DNA of 64,000 nucleotides, taken from NCBI GenBank assembly GCA_043228905.1, contig JBHGNT010000014.1, forward strand, positions 14,818,001 to 14,882,000, written 5' to 3'. Below, piece by piece: positions 38,993 to 51,721 of this stretch. This stretch comes from Azolla caroliniana. Lineage: Eukaryota; Plantae; Polypodiophyta. Both the position numbers and the translations under genes were made by a program. The first letter of the stretch is position 1; each line of letters begins with the position of its first letter. The notes beneath the pieces were generated by a model. The model worked only from the letters and a program-made list of their open reading frames with translations, did no database searches and had not been told where the DNA came from.

Positions 38993-41900
38993 TCAATCTT
39001 CAGAATCAAGGGATGTGTTCAAGAGACCAAGGTCTCTTTGTTGCTCTTCATCCATGTGAATTGTGCCAGGTAAAGCACCAGATAACAGTCTAGCAAATTC
39101 AATGCCAGACAACCAATAATGGGCTAAAAACATTCCATGATCGACAGCTTTACTAACCTTCTCTACGGATGCTTTCAAGTAACGTCGGTCTTTAACTGTG
39201 TGTGAGTTTCTAGCATTAAAACCTTCAAGTAAAACCTTGTCCAATTCAGAAACTTGCAAAAAACGTTCGGTTGCAGCTTCCCATGACAGCAAATACTGGT
39301 GCTCTGATGACAATGGCAACGGTTCAGCACTCATTGCTTGTTTGATTTTGTCAACAAACTGTTCACTTGATTTGTACGTATAGCAATTTGGAAAAGACTT
39401 AAAAAATTCATTTGATGGATGATCGGCGCAGATAACAAACTTTCCCATTGCAAGTGCCTCGGCAGTAGTGGTGCAGACGACATCACTCACACTAGGATTG
39501 ATAAAAACTTTGTAGCTGAGTCAAAATAAAAATAGCATAATGAGAACTTACAGGATAAAAGTCAATCATTAGAAAGGAATTTCCCAACATCTCCCTATCC
39601 CTCACCTATGGAGTGAGGAATCGGCATGGTCTCTTCCTTCATGAAAATTTATTCTTAATCCTTGTCTTTGTGCCTCCTCTCTGATTGCCAAAGAGTCTTC
39701 TCCATTTCCAAATACATCCAGTTGTATATCATTAAAGTCTTCCTTATGCTCTGACCACAAATCAAGGAGTTCCTGATATCCCTTTCCCCATACCATCTTA
39801 CCAAGAAAATAAGATTTGTGGTTAAACTCACTGTGTCCATTATCTTTATCCAATGTCATACTTCTTCCAATTTCAAGAAACTTCGGGCTTACTCCATGGA
39901 CATTGCAAACAACAGATTTTGGAAGATACTGTGTGGCTGCTGATAGGCGAATCACCTGTCACAGAAGGGGGCTTTAAATCATGGTACTTTACGTGCCAAA
40001 TTTCTACAGCATACTCAATAATACATTTCAACTTACTTTATGGCAATATATGTTTGCCATCCAGGTATTGACATACTTCAGAAAGAATGCTTGAAGGGGG
40101 CCATTTTTCTCTCTCTTAACATATTCCAAATAATTTGTGTGCACAATACCGACAACATATCGAAATTTTTGTGTCCATCGAGCTCCATGATGATACCAAG
40201 TAAGATGCTCCGGCTCTTCAAGAACAGCTATATCAGCATCTACCTCAGGTATAAATTGTGTCATGTCATCAACGGGAAGAATACTCCTTTTCTCCAAAGC
40301 AAACTGCATTTCACATTTCGCCAACAAATGAACACAAATATTGCATGCATGATGAGCTCTAAATTACATTATTTACCAAAAATATACTCCTTGTGCATTT
40401 CTAGATTACAAACTCACATGCACATGCTTATTGTAAAATCCATACAACCATCACTTGCATACAAATAAGAGAAGTATCTAAGGTAAAGAGACTTTGTACT
40501 AGATAAGATTCACAAGAACTTTTGGAACCAGAGAGGATAGAAGAATAAAGAAGGATTAAAGTTATTTAATAAAAGATAAGTGATTTAACGCTGGTGCTGT
40601 GTAAGGTTTTTTTATCCACTTCAGTAAAAACATTGATGTCCACTTGATGTTTAGTTACTCTGTACAAGAAGTACCAAAGTTCTTGTTGCCACTCTCTAAA
40701 ATAATGTGCTTGAGAGACAGTTTCTATCTGTAAAACATATTATGTACTACAAGCCTAAATCTCAAACCCAGAAGTAAATTTTCTTATTATTCTACTTTGG
40801 ATCTATTTGTTTATACCATTATGTTTTACAAAATAAATGCATTATTCATTGGACATCAACTTTACCTTTCCAGGATAGAAAACAATGTTGAATTCTGGCT
40901 GAAAACTGATTCTTGAACTTAGCCACTCTCGGATATACCTTTCCTGATCTTGTGGGGCATTGAAGGTCATCTGATTTGGATATACAAGTCTTTGATCCTT
41001 CTTTGAGAGCCAAGGAACAAGCAAAGTGACATTTATATCTCTACTCCTCGCAAGGTATGCTGCACGTAGAAGAGGATTAATTGCAGTTCCAGTCATCCAT
41101 GGTAAGCTTGCTGTTGTTGCAATAGTTATAGTTCTCTTATGTAGTTCTTTTTTGTCCTCAAGGAATGTATTTCTTCCCCAAATATCTCCACTATATGTAT
41201 AACCAGAACTATGTAATAAATTGGCTATCCTCAGATCCAATTCCTTGGCAGCTTTCCGTGTTTCCATTAGAACCATCGCAATGTCTTTATTAGGCACAAT
41301 ATCCCCAGAAGTTGAATGGTTATAATTCTTCCATCTTTGGAGTGAAGAGCAAATCTTCCCACAAAAATCTGGTGCAATAAAGGAGCATTAAAGAGGAGAA
41401 TTTAAGACTTCATCATCTCTGGTATATGTATTTAGTAAATTTTCTTTAAACCCAGAAACCAATATAAAGTCAACACGAGAATAAGTTAAAAACAAAAGAA
41501 AACAAGATAAACAGGGCAAGATAACAGACTTCCCCAATGCAGAGATAATTGTAATAGGAAGGAAGTTTACCTTTCTTCAAACCAAGCTGATGTAGAAGAG
41601 GTTCAGATTGTCTAACTAAGCTCTCAAAGAGTTCTGACACATCTACGGGATTTTCTTTTACAAAGAACTCCTAGAAAAAGAATGGTAGATCTGAGTAAAT
41701 CTCCATGAACAAAATTTACCAACTCTAAACTCTATAAAGTTTAAATCCTACTTGTCCAAGCGAATTTTTGAAAAATAAATCCCATTTCATAAAAGAAACC
41801 CTTGCTCAGAGTTATCATCTTTTGAAGTATCATTTGTACATTTTTTTAAATGGAACAAGTAGATTAAATACATCCTCCTTGTTGGCCACAGTTCAATATA

Positions 41901-44588
41901 GGATTTTGTATTAGAGATTTTAGCCTGATCCTATAAGCCAAATCCTTTGCATCAATAAATCATACCATAAACAATCAGGGAATGTAAACACAAATATAGA
42001 ATTGATGTTTGGAAGTGACAATTCGTGAAGGAGATATCCCCATAGAGGTTCAAAGAATGCGATAAAGTGAAAAAAATGATAAAGAAATTTTCTATGAACA
42101 CCACAAGATCTCTCTTCTTGAGATCTTATAGCATGACAGACAACTGTCGCTTAGAGAGTATGGAATTGTGATGACGTTTTCTACATTGTGCATTAATCTT
42201 ATCTATGTTGTCCTGCTGGGTTGTGCATTTTTTAAGTGTGAGTGGGTAATTGCAATATCATCGGCAGAGATGATGTGATGTCCACACATTTTATACTATA
42301 ACCAGAAAACAGCTCCCCAAGAGAAACACCTGGTGTGCAAGTCGGCATGTGAAATGATAGATTGGCAATACACCACAAATCATGGGCATATGGACAGACA
42401 GAAGCATATTCAGTGTACTGGTGACTTCAGTACAAAATCCTTGCACATGCCACATGTGGAATCATGGCCAACTCTAGACGTGCAGCTACGCACTTGTGGG
42501 ACTGCATGCACGGTTTGCCACTGAAAATAAAAATGCATAAACTCATATAAAGAGAACAAATTCAGGTCCAGAAGTGATTAAGTTGGCCTGTTACCAGAGT
42601 AACTTCCAGAGACAGTATTATCCCTATCGCACCACCAGTTCAGCATAATTTTACAACCAGAAAAGTTTCATATAAACAAAGAAATATCTCCTTATGATTT
42701 CGTGCTCACTATGACATAATTCACATCCAAAAGCTAGATTGTTCCTGAATAAAGAATTTGAGACGATGTTGGCCACAAAGACTAGGGGCCCTTTCATTTT
42801 ATTTTATTAATAATCAATAGAGATCGAACCCTAGAAATACAGCATGTAGTTTAAGCATATTTTGACACCAAAGCCCATACATAGAGCTCCCAAAGTATAC
42901 TCTTCTAAGCATAATGGCAAAGAAAACCTGATCTTACTAGCAAAGAGAGCAAATATGCTAGTCCTGTTGCATTTTATTTTATTTTCTAAAAGTGTATTTC
43001 GCCTCTCTAACATGACATTCCTCTTTATATAACTGAATTTCGAGTTTTCATTGAAAGAGAAGTTTTTTTGAATCTGATCTATCCTTTCTTCAGAAAAATA
43101 TTAGCCATCTCACTAAACCAGTCACTTACAGCTATTCAATGACAATTTACACATGGTCTCACTTAAAAGTGACTTTTATAAGGTGGAACTTTACAATTGG
43201 ATACACACTACTCCACACATCAAAATCCAATGCTAAGCGAATTGACGACATGGCTATCCCGAGGTCTGTGAACTGTAGCTCCTCTGGTCTATGGTCCATT
43301 GGCCCTTGGCCTTTTTCAGGTCTATGCAATGTCATTTTGCCCAGTATCAGAATTCAAGGTAAGTATAAGTGATGATTACTTAAGGATGTATGCTGGTTTA
43401 TGAGCCTTGGGCTGCAAATATAACCAAGTCCAATTCTGTGAACCCAAATCTTCGGGAGTAGATTAATAGTTATAGCAGGTTTGCTGTACAGTAGTATGAA
43501 GGTAGGTAGGTAGATAAGAGTTGCAAGGAGAGTTATATGTGAGAATATTACCAAGTTTAAAGCAAAGAAAGGCAGTGTTACCAGATATAGCATCATTTAT
43601 GAGATACACAAATGAGCTTCTATCAATCCGTAGACTCTGTCTAATAATCATATGAAGAGGTCTTCCTAAGCACCAAATCTATTACAGACTAGAGTTCCTA
43701 GATGTATCAAACCATATATAAATGTTGCTGGAAAAAAATAACATTTGGGAAAACGCTAAGGTCCTCGCCTTAATTAATTACCTAATACTTTTAAAACTGG
43801 TCATTATAAAAAATGACAAGGAGGCAAGGACATACTTTCTCTGAGCTTGAAATTGATGTTGGCAGGTTCTGCAAATACAAAAAAGACAATGCATACATGA
43901 ATCTACATCAAAAAGTTTGCAAGAAACCAGAACAACAGTTGAGAATTTTTGCTTTACACTCTAATAGAATTTACACTTAACATACCATGAATTTCTTTGT
44001 ATTCCCAAAAAACTCCATCCTTCTCAAGTTCTCAAGAAAATGTATTGGTGTACTACTGGCCATTAATGTTTCTTCTATCTCCATGATGCTCACTCTCAAA
44101 CGCCTTAAAGGTTCCCACTCTTGTAGAGAATATGTTTGTTTTCCTTTCCTAGTCTTCTCCCATTCCTGTAGAGCTAGCTTCGTCCCTTCCCAATCAAGCA
44201 GAAATCTCTTATCACGTTTGGATTGTTTATAATGTATTTCGTTTGAAAGATGATCTTCAAAGAACGGTTGACATTTTCGCACAAAACAAGGCTCTATCTT
44301 GGATGGCGGCGGAGGCCTCCAAAAGCCAACCATTTCCACATTTCTACTCTGATTTTCATTATTACTGTCTAAGATCTGAAAACCACTGAGACTGAGAGAG
44401 ATTTTCTTGCAATTTTCCCATTCCTGATTGAAAGAATTGGCCATACCACTCAAAGGAGATTTGAATGACTGCACTCTCTGAACCATAAGCTTAAAATCAC
44501 GATCTGCTGCACTCTTTTGTGCATCTATCCAATCTTTTGAAAAGAAAAGAAGGTTCACATTTGATTCTTTCCTTGTGTTTCTCGCCAT
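38993..44588 (-). CDS. DGD1: Digalactosyldiacylglycerol synthase, DGD1-type with N-terminal extension (GT4), 6 coding exons
   Basis: Exons 44588-43986, 41670-41571, 41368-40866, 40303-40037, 39955-39606, 39515-38993; GT-AG with consistent phases. Motifs [77 protein letters not shown]. Confidence 0.95.
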
Positions 44589-46101
44589 ACAAAATAAGAT
44601 TTTTTTCTCCGTCCTTCTGGTTAAATTTTGGAGAAGCTCAAGTGTTAACTGTACAAATGATGGAGTTTTTTCTTCTCTTCTAGCAAAACTGCTGCCTAAG
44701 ATGATATACGAACAAATAATCTGTTGTACGCTTCCTGAGCTTGAAACACATGCTTTATCACACAAATAAAGTTTAGACAGATGTTTTTTGCTAGGATGAT
44801 ACGAAGAAGCTTTGTTCTCTGTCCTTGCACTAAATGGCAACAAAGTTCAAGCTTCAACTGTTTAAGTGAAGCTATATATGGCACTCTTGTGTTGTGACTG
44901 AAATGAATTGCAAGAATACGAGAGACGTTATAAACACATCCTTTGTTCTTGCAAGCCTTCTGAGCATGACATCAAATAATTTATTCACAAGCCCTGTAGA
45001 TAAACAAATATTTTATTGTAGGATGATATGAATAAGTTTCCTTCTCTATGAATAAACAGATGTTCTCCCATACGTTGATATGATTAGTTTCCTTTCTGTG
45101 TTCTTTACCTGAAGGACAAACTCCAGCTATCCCAACTGTGTGATTCAGACCTTGATTCTTACAGAAATGCCTTATAGGATGAAAATAATAGACATTCACA
45201 AGAACACCTTCTACTTCTACAACCTATCTGAAAATGAAACGGATTTCCCTATAAAGAATGAGGATAATAATTTGCAGGAATATCTTTATGTTCGTTATGA
45301 GATTTCTGTGACAAAATGGATGCTCGTGTGGAAGTTTTCCATATAGGAAAGAGGATGTTTATCAGAGAAAAGCTTCTGTTCTTGCAGGCTTTCTGTGATG
45401 AAATGAATGGTTTTCTTTTACAAACTTTCCGTGCAGGAAAATAAATGACGATTTTCGACAGAAATTGGATTTTGCAAACAATTCTTCTGTTCTTGCAAGC
45501 TTTCTGGGCATGAAATGGATGCTTTTTTAAGATAGTTTCTCCTGTAGGACAAACAGATATTCTCTAGCAGATAACCAACGTTTGGTTTGGCTGAAGGATT
45601 ACGGGCATTCCTCTAGAAAGTGGACGTTTTTTATGAAGAGAAAAATATGTCGTTTTCATAAAAGAATGTGTTTTCTGTTTTCTGCAGGAGGAACGAATGG
45701 CATTCTCTGTAAGGAAAATGCGTATCACTCGAAGAAGATCGAATCCTCACATGATGGAAGAGCTGAGATAAGGGCCTGATACTTTAGGGTTTCCGCAACA
45801 AGGAATAGATACCATGGAGAAAGAACGAAAGAAAGTGATGATGATTAGGAGGCGAATGATTCCACAGAAAAAATCAACAATCCTGGCATAATCAAACGAG
45901 CAGATAATAATGGCATGCGGGGATGTAGGGATTCCTCATCAGAAAAATGAATAGAATGAAGGAAGAAAGTTCCAGATCAATAAGAATAAGCGACGAATGA
46001 TTCCATCCAGCATTTCTCACTTTTTCCAGGACAAATCATTGAGGAAAGCAGGCAAAACGAGATCCGAGGGAACATATATGTACATACAGAGAAGCGCTTA
46101 C

Positions 46102-46170
46102 CTGGCGCTGACGTGACGAAGAACGTGGGCCCTTCCTTCCGGAGGAGACAGAGACCTCTCGAGCTTCCAT
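46102..46170 (-). other. Putative first exon of the DGD1 transcript carrying a 23-codon upstream ATG frame
   Basis: ATG GAA GCT...CGC CAG|GTAAG consensus donor at 46101; GC-rich; preceded on the minus strand by a (CT)n tract at about 46234-46258. Confidence 0.55.
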
Positions 46171-46475
46171 AGCCACCAATTTACTCTTTGTTTTGTGTGT
46201 TGTTTATGCCACATTTTCTGTGAATGAATGAATGAGAGAGAGAGAGAGAGGGGGGGGGAAGAAATATGTAAAGAGAGTATAACTGGGGAAGGGTATTTGG
46301 GTAATTATGGAAAACTCTTAACCCGAGAGTATACTGTAACATTAATTTTAGTTACATTATACATACTAATATACTATATACTATATACTATGTAGTATGT
46401 ACTGTATACACTGTACATATACTATACTATGGAGAGGGGCTCCTTCTTATGAGACATTTCGCTTACGCTTGACAC

Positions 46476-46913
46476 TGACAATCGGCAATGGTTCGGTTGA
46501 ACCGAACCGAGAAACTGCGGCTTAACGATAAAAAACGGTTCGGTTCGGTTCAGGTTCGAGTTTTTTATAACGGTTCGGTTAGGTTAGGTTTTAACAATTT
46601 CATGGTTTTTAAAAGAAATTTAAGTTTGTTTTGAAACAACCTTTTCATTTTTAAGCCTAATTCTCGCATTTTAGGAAAAATCTTTAAATTTTGAAATAAT
46701 GAAAATTTTGAATTTTGAATTTTGAATTTTGACCTAAGTTGAAAACTGAAACCGAACCACGAAACAGCAGTTTTAACTGTTTGGATTTTTTTCTAACGGT
46801 TTCGGTTTAAATGGTTTCGTGGTTCGGTTTGGCTTGGTTCAAGTTTCAAACATTTTAAACGGTTCGGTTTTGACACTGTCAAACCGAACCAAACTATGTA
46901 TTGTCGATTGTTA
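46476..46913. mobile_element. hAT-type MITE
   Basis: Termini TGACAATCGGCAAT / ATTGTCGATTGTTA; perfect 8-bp TSD cttgacac (46468-46475 / 46914-46921); AACCG subterminal repeats. Confidence 0.9.
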
Positions 46914-47993
46914 CTTGACACCTAGATAATGTGTTGTATCTATGCAAATGACACATTCATTGACTGTGTCACTTGAATATGGTTGAGGCCTGAAAAAAAA
47001 ACCAATGGCCAGTAAATGGCGACTAATGTATATAAGCTCTTTCAAGACACACGTTGGCCATAAGTTTTTTAGGGGGTTAATTGAATAACGTGTTGTATTC
47101 TGAGCAAATGGAATGTTGATTGTGTCACTTGAATATGGTCGAACATAAACAAATGGCCAACTTGAGGGAGGCTTATATGAGCTCTTTCGAGGCACCCTTG
47201 GGTTGGCCATAGAATACTTGTATAAGCCCGTGTGATGGCAAAACTCCCTTTGCTTAGACGTGATTCTTATGAACCCTTTCAAAAGCGTGTGAAAGTGGCC
47301 TCGATTTGATACTCACCCATCTTCAGCTGCATTACGAACAAACAAACATATATTTTCTAACAGATAACGGATGTTTTGTTGAAGGATTACAGGTGCCCGT
47401 TATGAGACGACTTCATTAGGATGGGTTATTACTTGCCCCTCATCAATTGGATAATGCTTCTCGAAAGGTAGGGATTGCACAAATGACACCTCACCTTCCC
47501 TAAAGTAGTGGCAATGAGTTAGTGTCACAAAAGTCGAATGTCTCTTTAATTGATTTGAAAACCTATAAGACGGAAACTATCGATTTTAGTTTTGCTATCC
47601 CAACTTGTTGTGGGTACCAATGGTGCGGGTGGTTGAAGCCATCCCATTTGGCCTATATTGTCTTTTACGAATTCATCTCCAAGAGTGCAAGTTGGCATTG
47701 TTTTGAAGTAAAGCATTTTCTCTTTCTATTTACATGTTTATATTCACACCCCTTGATGTCAAATCATGATCAATACAAAGTTTCTGTCAAGGAGCGTGGA
47801 TGTCACACACTATACCCCTTGATACCAATGAGTATTTGATACAAGTTTGCGGTTGCCTATCTTTGCTTCACAGTTCTATTTCTCAAAAATATATATATTT
47901 GCCAACTAAGCTAAACGCCCGTTGTCGTGAAGATCCGTCACTACGCGCGGATCGTGAGGCGGAACCGCCGGGGTTCTGGACCAGAAGGATTTA

Positions 47994-48350
47994 GAGTCGA
48001 TACAAGCTTTGGCGAGAAAGTACTTAAGATAGATTGGGAAAGAGAGAAGTTGAGATTACATGATTGATTTGAAAACGAATTTCTTCCTCTTAATTTTCAT
48101 AAAAAAAAAACCGTGTTTTTTCTCCTCCCCCTTCCCTCTTTTATAGATGCTCTCATGCATATGATGCATGTGAGTCGATACAAGCTTTGGCGAGAAAGTA
48201 CTTAAGATAGATTGGGAAAGAGAGAAGTTGAGATTACACGATTGATTTGAAAACGAATTTCTTCCTCTTAATTTTCATAAAAAAAAACCGTGTTTTTTCT
48301 CCTCCCCCTTCCCTCTTTTATAGATGCTCTCATGCATATGATGCATGTGA
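47994..48350. repeat. 178-bp tandem duplication within the solo LTR (duplicates the TATA/R region)
   Basis: 47994-48171 and 48172-48350 are near-identical. Confidence 0.95.
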
Positions 48351-48496
48351 GGGTACAAGACATGCATAAATTGCATGTTTGCCATTTGGCGCTTATGTAT
48401 TACATGTGGTGCATGATAACCATGTCACTCATTTTAGTTCTCATGTATGAGAATTTACATGTAAAACTACAATGATAGAAACATAATTTCAACTAA

Positions 48497-48570
48497 ATAG
48501 CATGGCTTAATGGTAAGCCATTTGACTCCTAACTTGGAGGTGCAAGGTTCGAATCCTTACTTGCCCTCCT
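48497..48570 (+). ncRNA. tRNA-like Pol III module (A box TGGCTTAATGG, B box GGTTCGAATCC) in solo LTR
   Basis: A box 48503-48513 and B box 48546-48556 at tRNA spacing; D-stem TGGCTT/AAGCCA; T-stem AAGG/CCTT; CTCCTAA anticodon-like loop; acceptor and anticodon stems poorly paired. Confidence 0.65.
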
Positions 48571-49082
48571 TGTATATGTAAATATGTATATATATTTATT
48601 TATCTAGTCGTCGGACGCCGGTTCGCCGGATACCGGTGCCGGATGCCGCCGGATCATCGGCTCCATTGCCGGTCCGGTTTTGGTTGGCCAAAACCCTTTA
48701 CAAGTAGTTAACCCACCTCCACTCTTAGTTCAAGTTACCTTGAACTCTCTATGCTCCACACATAGACACAAAGATAATATCTTTTGCTCCACGTTATATA
48801 TGATAAGAGTTGTATTTGTCGTGCCTATGTGGGATATCTCACAATTTTTCTCCTTTCCTTTTACAAACTTTATACCCTCATATCTTGACATTTAGTTGTC
48901 CGTTTCTCGTGTAATAAAGTGCATTCGAAACCTCCATCATTTTGTACTTAGATATTAAATCTATTTAAAATGTTATCTTCACAATTATTGTACTACGTGA
49001 TTCATACTCGATTTCGTACGTTTTATAGGATTTTCACACTATTGCCGAAAATCTTCACGACACCGTTTTATAAATGGTTTGC

Positions 49083-49127
49083 TTATAACTAATGGAAGGA
49101 GTTTATTTTGGGAAAATAAATAAATAA
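49083..49127 (+). mobile_element. 45-bp extreme 5'-truncated LINE tail
   Basis: 13-bp TSD ataaatggtttgc (49070-49082 / 49128-49140); taactaatggaag motif plus A-rich tail. Confidence 0.7.
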
Positions 49128-49495
49128 ATAAATGGTTTGCCAAAAAGTGTGAATGCAATTGTATATTTTTTTGTTCTACTATTATATCTGGGAGAATATA
49201 TGTATCTTATTCATTGATTGTAGAATCTTTTGTTTTTCCCATGATCGAAATGAATTCCAAAGGTGTCTTGTGTTTTGCATCTAGTTTCTAAGCCTCGAAC
49301 AAAGCAAGAGTAACCATGCAACGTAATAAGATTATGAAATAACTTATAACATTCGTGGAATCTTAAGATTTAGCATTGCCATTAGACATACTAACATTAA
49401 CATAGATGACACACAAGTTGAACAACAATTGGTTTGTTGAAGGATGATAAGAGCTTCACAATGAAATGGCAACAAAAAAGTGGCAATTGCTAAGT

Positions 49496-49699
49496 CATCA
49501 AAAGATATTCAGGATTATATGTTACATTACACTAAACCTTGAAGTTGGAGTTTATAATTATATAACATGTTAACCTCGTGAGTTTATAGATAAGTTCATC
49601 AAAAGATATTCAGGATTATATGTTACATTACACTAAACCTTGAAGTTGGAGTTTATAATTATATAACATGTTAACCTCGTGAGTTTATAGATAAGTTCA
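49496..49699. repeat. 101-bp perfect tandem duplication
   Basis: catcaaaagatattc...agataagtt repeated; taagt(t)ca microhomology at the junction. Confidence 0.95.
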
Positions 49700-50296
49700 A
49701 CCAAGAACAAATGTTGGTGTGTTAAATAAGGAAACTAATTTTTGAATGTTGAAGTTATGGTGGCAACCACCAACAAGGCTCTAATGTATTGGGATCAAGA
49801 TTGGGAATTTTCAAAAAATGTTAACGAGCTTCATTTATCCCCATTTCATGTTTCAAAACTCTATGAAACATCATATATCAAAACCATTTAAAGATTTTGG
49901 AACTTAGTGGTAGTTATGTTTGGATTTGATTTTGTCAATCCCTATATGCATATACATCTTTAAAATAACTTGGTTACACCGTTGAACACTTGCATGACAA
50001 CTTACAAGGACAACTTGTGGCAATTGTTAAGGGAAATAATCTCATATTTTTTAAGTTTTAACAACCTTATAAGGCTTAATATTTCCAATTTAATTACCAA
50101 GATTAATACTATTAACAATAAAACACAGACATAGATACGGAATAGCCTTCTGCACGATGAAGACCACCATATCTCCTGTCACCATTCAGCCTAACGTTGC
50201 TCAGGCTTTTGTTGCTTAGCCTTCCACCACTCAGCCTGCCGCCACCCAACTTGTCGCCACCTAGCCTGTCGCAACCTCACCTACTGTAGCCGATGG

Positions 50297-51665
50297 TTGT
50301 TCAAATCATCTAGAGGGATGTGTAGGGATTTCCGTTTATCCCACAGTAGATGCGGAAAAGTCATTTGTCCCCTTCAACTTACCTTACCTGCTACAACCAA
50401 TCCAGTTGCCGCGGTCAGCCTTTCAACCTCCTCCATAACTCCGGTCTTCTTCAATGCAACGGCTAACCAGGAGCAATTGTTGCGTCGTTGCGAACAGTTT
50501 AACCGGGGCTCCCGTGTAGCTAACCCGGATATCACACCTATTTCGGACAACGTAGTAGAGGTTCTATTGTCAGAACAAGATAGAGCACAGGTTGTAAGAG
50601 AGATTCAGCGTCTAGAGGAGAGGACTATCATTGTGCAAGTTTTGGGCATTCATCCTCGTCGTGCTGATCTTCATTTGCTATTGCAAGCCGCTTTGAAACA
50701 AGATCTTGACAACATCACGGATATCCAAATACTTGGTCGGAACTATTATCAAGTGGAGTTCGAGCTCGAACGAATAGTACCGATCTTGCTAGAGAAGAAA
50801 AATGTGGTAGTCAAGGGTGGATGGGTTTTATTCCACAAGTGGATTCACAACTTCTCCGCAAACCAAGTACTTCATGATTTCGATTCATATCATACATGTG
50901 TGGTAGTGTTTCCTAATTTACGTAAAGAGTGGGTGCCTTTTGTGCATCTAATTGCGAGTACTATTGGTAAAGTCTTGGAAACTTATGATAAGCCTTGTCA
51001 AAACGAGGATAGGTATATGGGAGCTACATCAACAAAACTTTTCTACATCAACAAAACTTTTGATTTCTAAGTCTACAGTTTTGCCCTCGAATATCTTGTT
51101 GCCCAATTTACTTGACTCAAGACAAGAATCTTATTCTCAGAAAATATTGTATAGGGGTTTGCCAAATCAATGTTTTCGGTGTTTTGGATTTGGTCATTTG
51201 GCAAAAAAATGCCCTAAATTTAATAAAGACACAGACAAACATGTACCCAATACAAATATAGTCCCGTATCATGTTAGATCTGAGGGTTGGACGAAGGTCG
51301 GGCATAGGAAAACATCTTCACAAGTATCTTATGACAAGCCTCATCAGGTGTCAATTAATAATTTAAAGGAATTCTCCCCCTTACAGAATAGGTATTCTAC
51401 CCTCCATGTAGAAGAGGATCGATCATTGTTACCGTACGAGATGTACGGGTGATTGATAATTGTGATAAGTGAGGGTGAAAGATGTAATGTGTTGATATGT
51501 ATGTGTAATGTTATACAATTATGAGTGTGAATGTAAGTGTGAGTGTGGTGGATACAAAGAGGTGTGAGTGAGTGACTAGGTGTGAATGCCCAAGGGGCTT
51601 GCACCCTTGTGTATCTACGCTTTTGTACCTATTTAACCCCTTATGGGGAATGAATGAATACAATG

Positions 51666-51721
<56 letters not shown>

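Larger units (their letters stand above)
47923..49062 (-). mobile_element. Solo LTR related to the 2929-6479 family
   Basis: 12-bp terminal inverted repeat TGTCGTGAAGAT/ATCTTCACGACA; 4-bp TSD CCGT; minus-strand U5 motif ccccggcggttccgc matches cctcggtggttccgc near 3545; TATA tctataaaag on the minus strand; shared tRNA-like module. Confidence 0.85.

Noticed and set aside
44589-44843. 85-aa N-terminal extension of the DGD1 ORF
   Set aside because: It starts at a non-ATG codon in the ORF track; DGD1-like sequence begins after the ATG at 44588.
47895-47935. Helitron 3'-end-like sequence (actaag...gcccgttg)
   Set aside because: Better explained as the flank and terminus of the solo LTR (12-bp inverted ends and CCGT TSD); no CTAG end or hairpin.
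48497-48570. Functional tRNA gene
   Set aside because: Acceptor and anticodon stems do not pair properly; treated as a tRNA-derived module instead.
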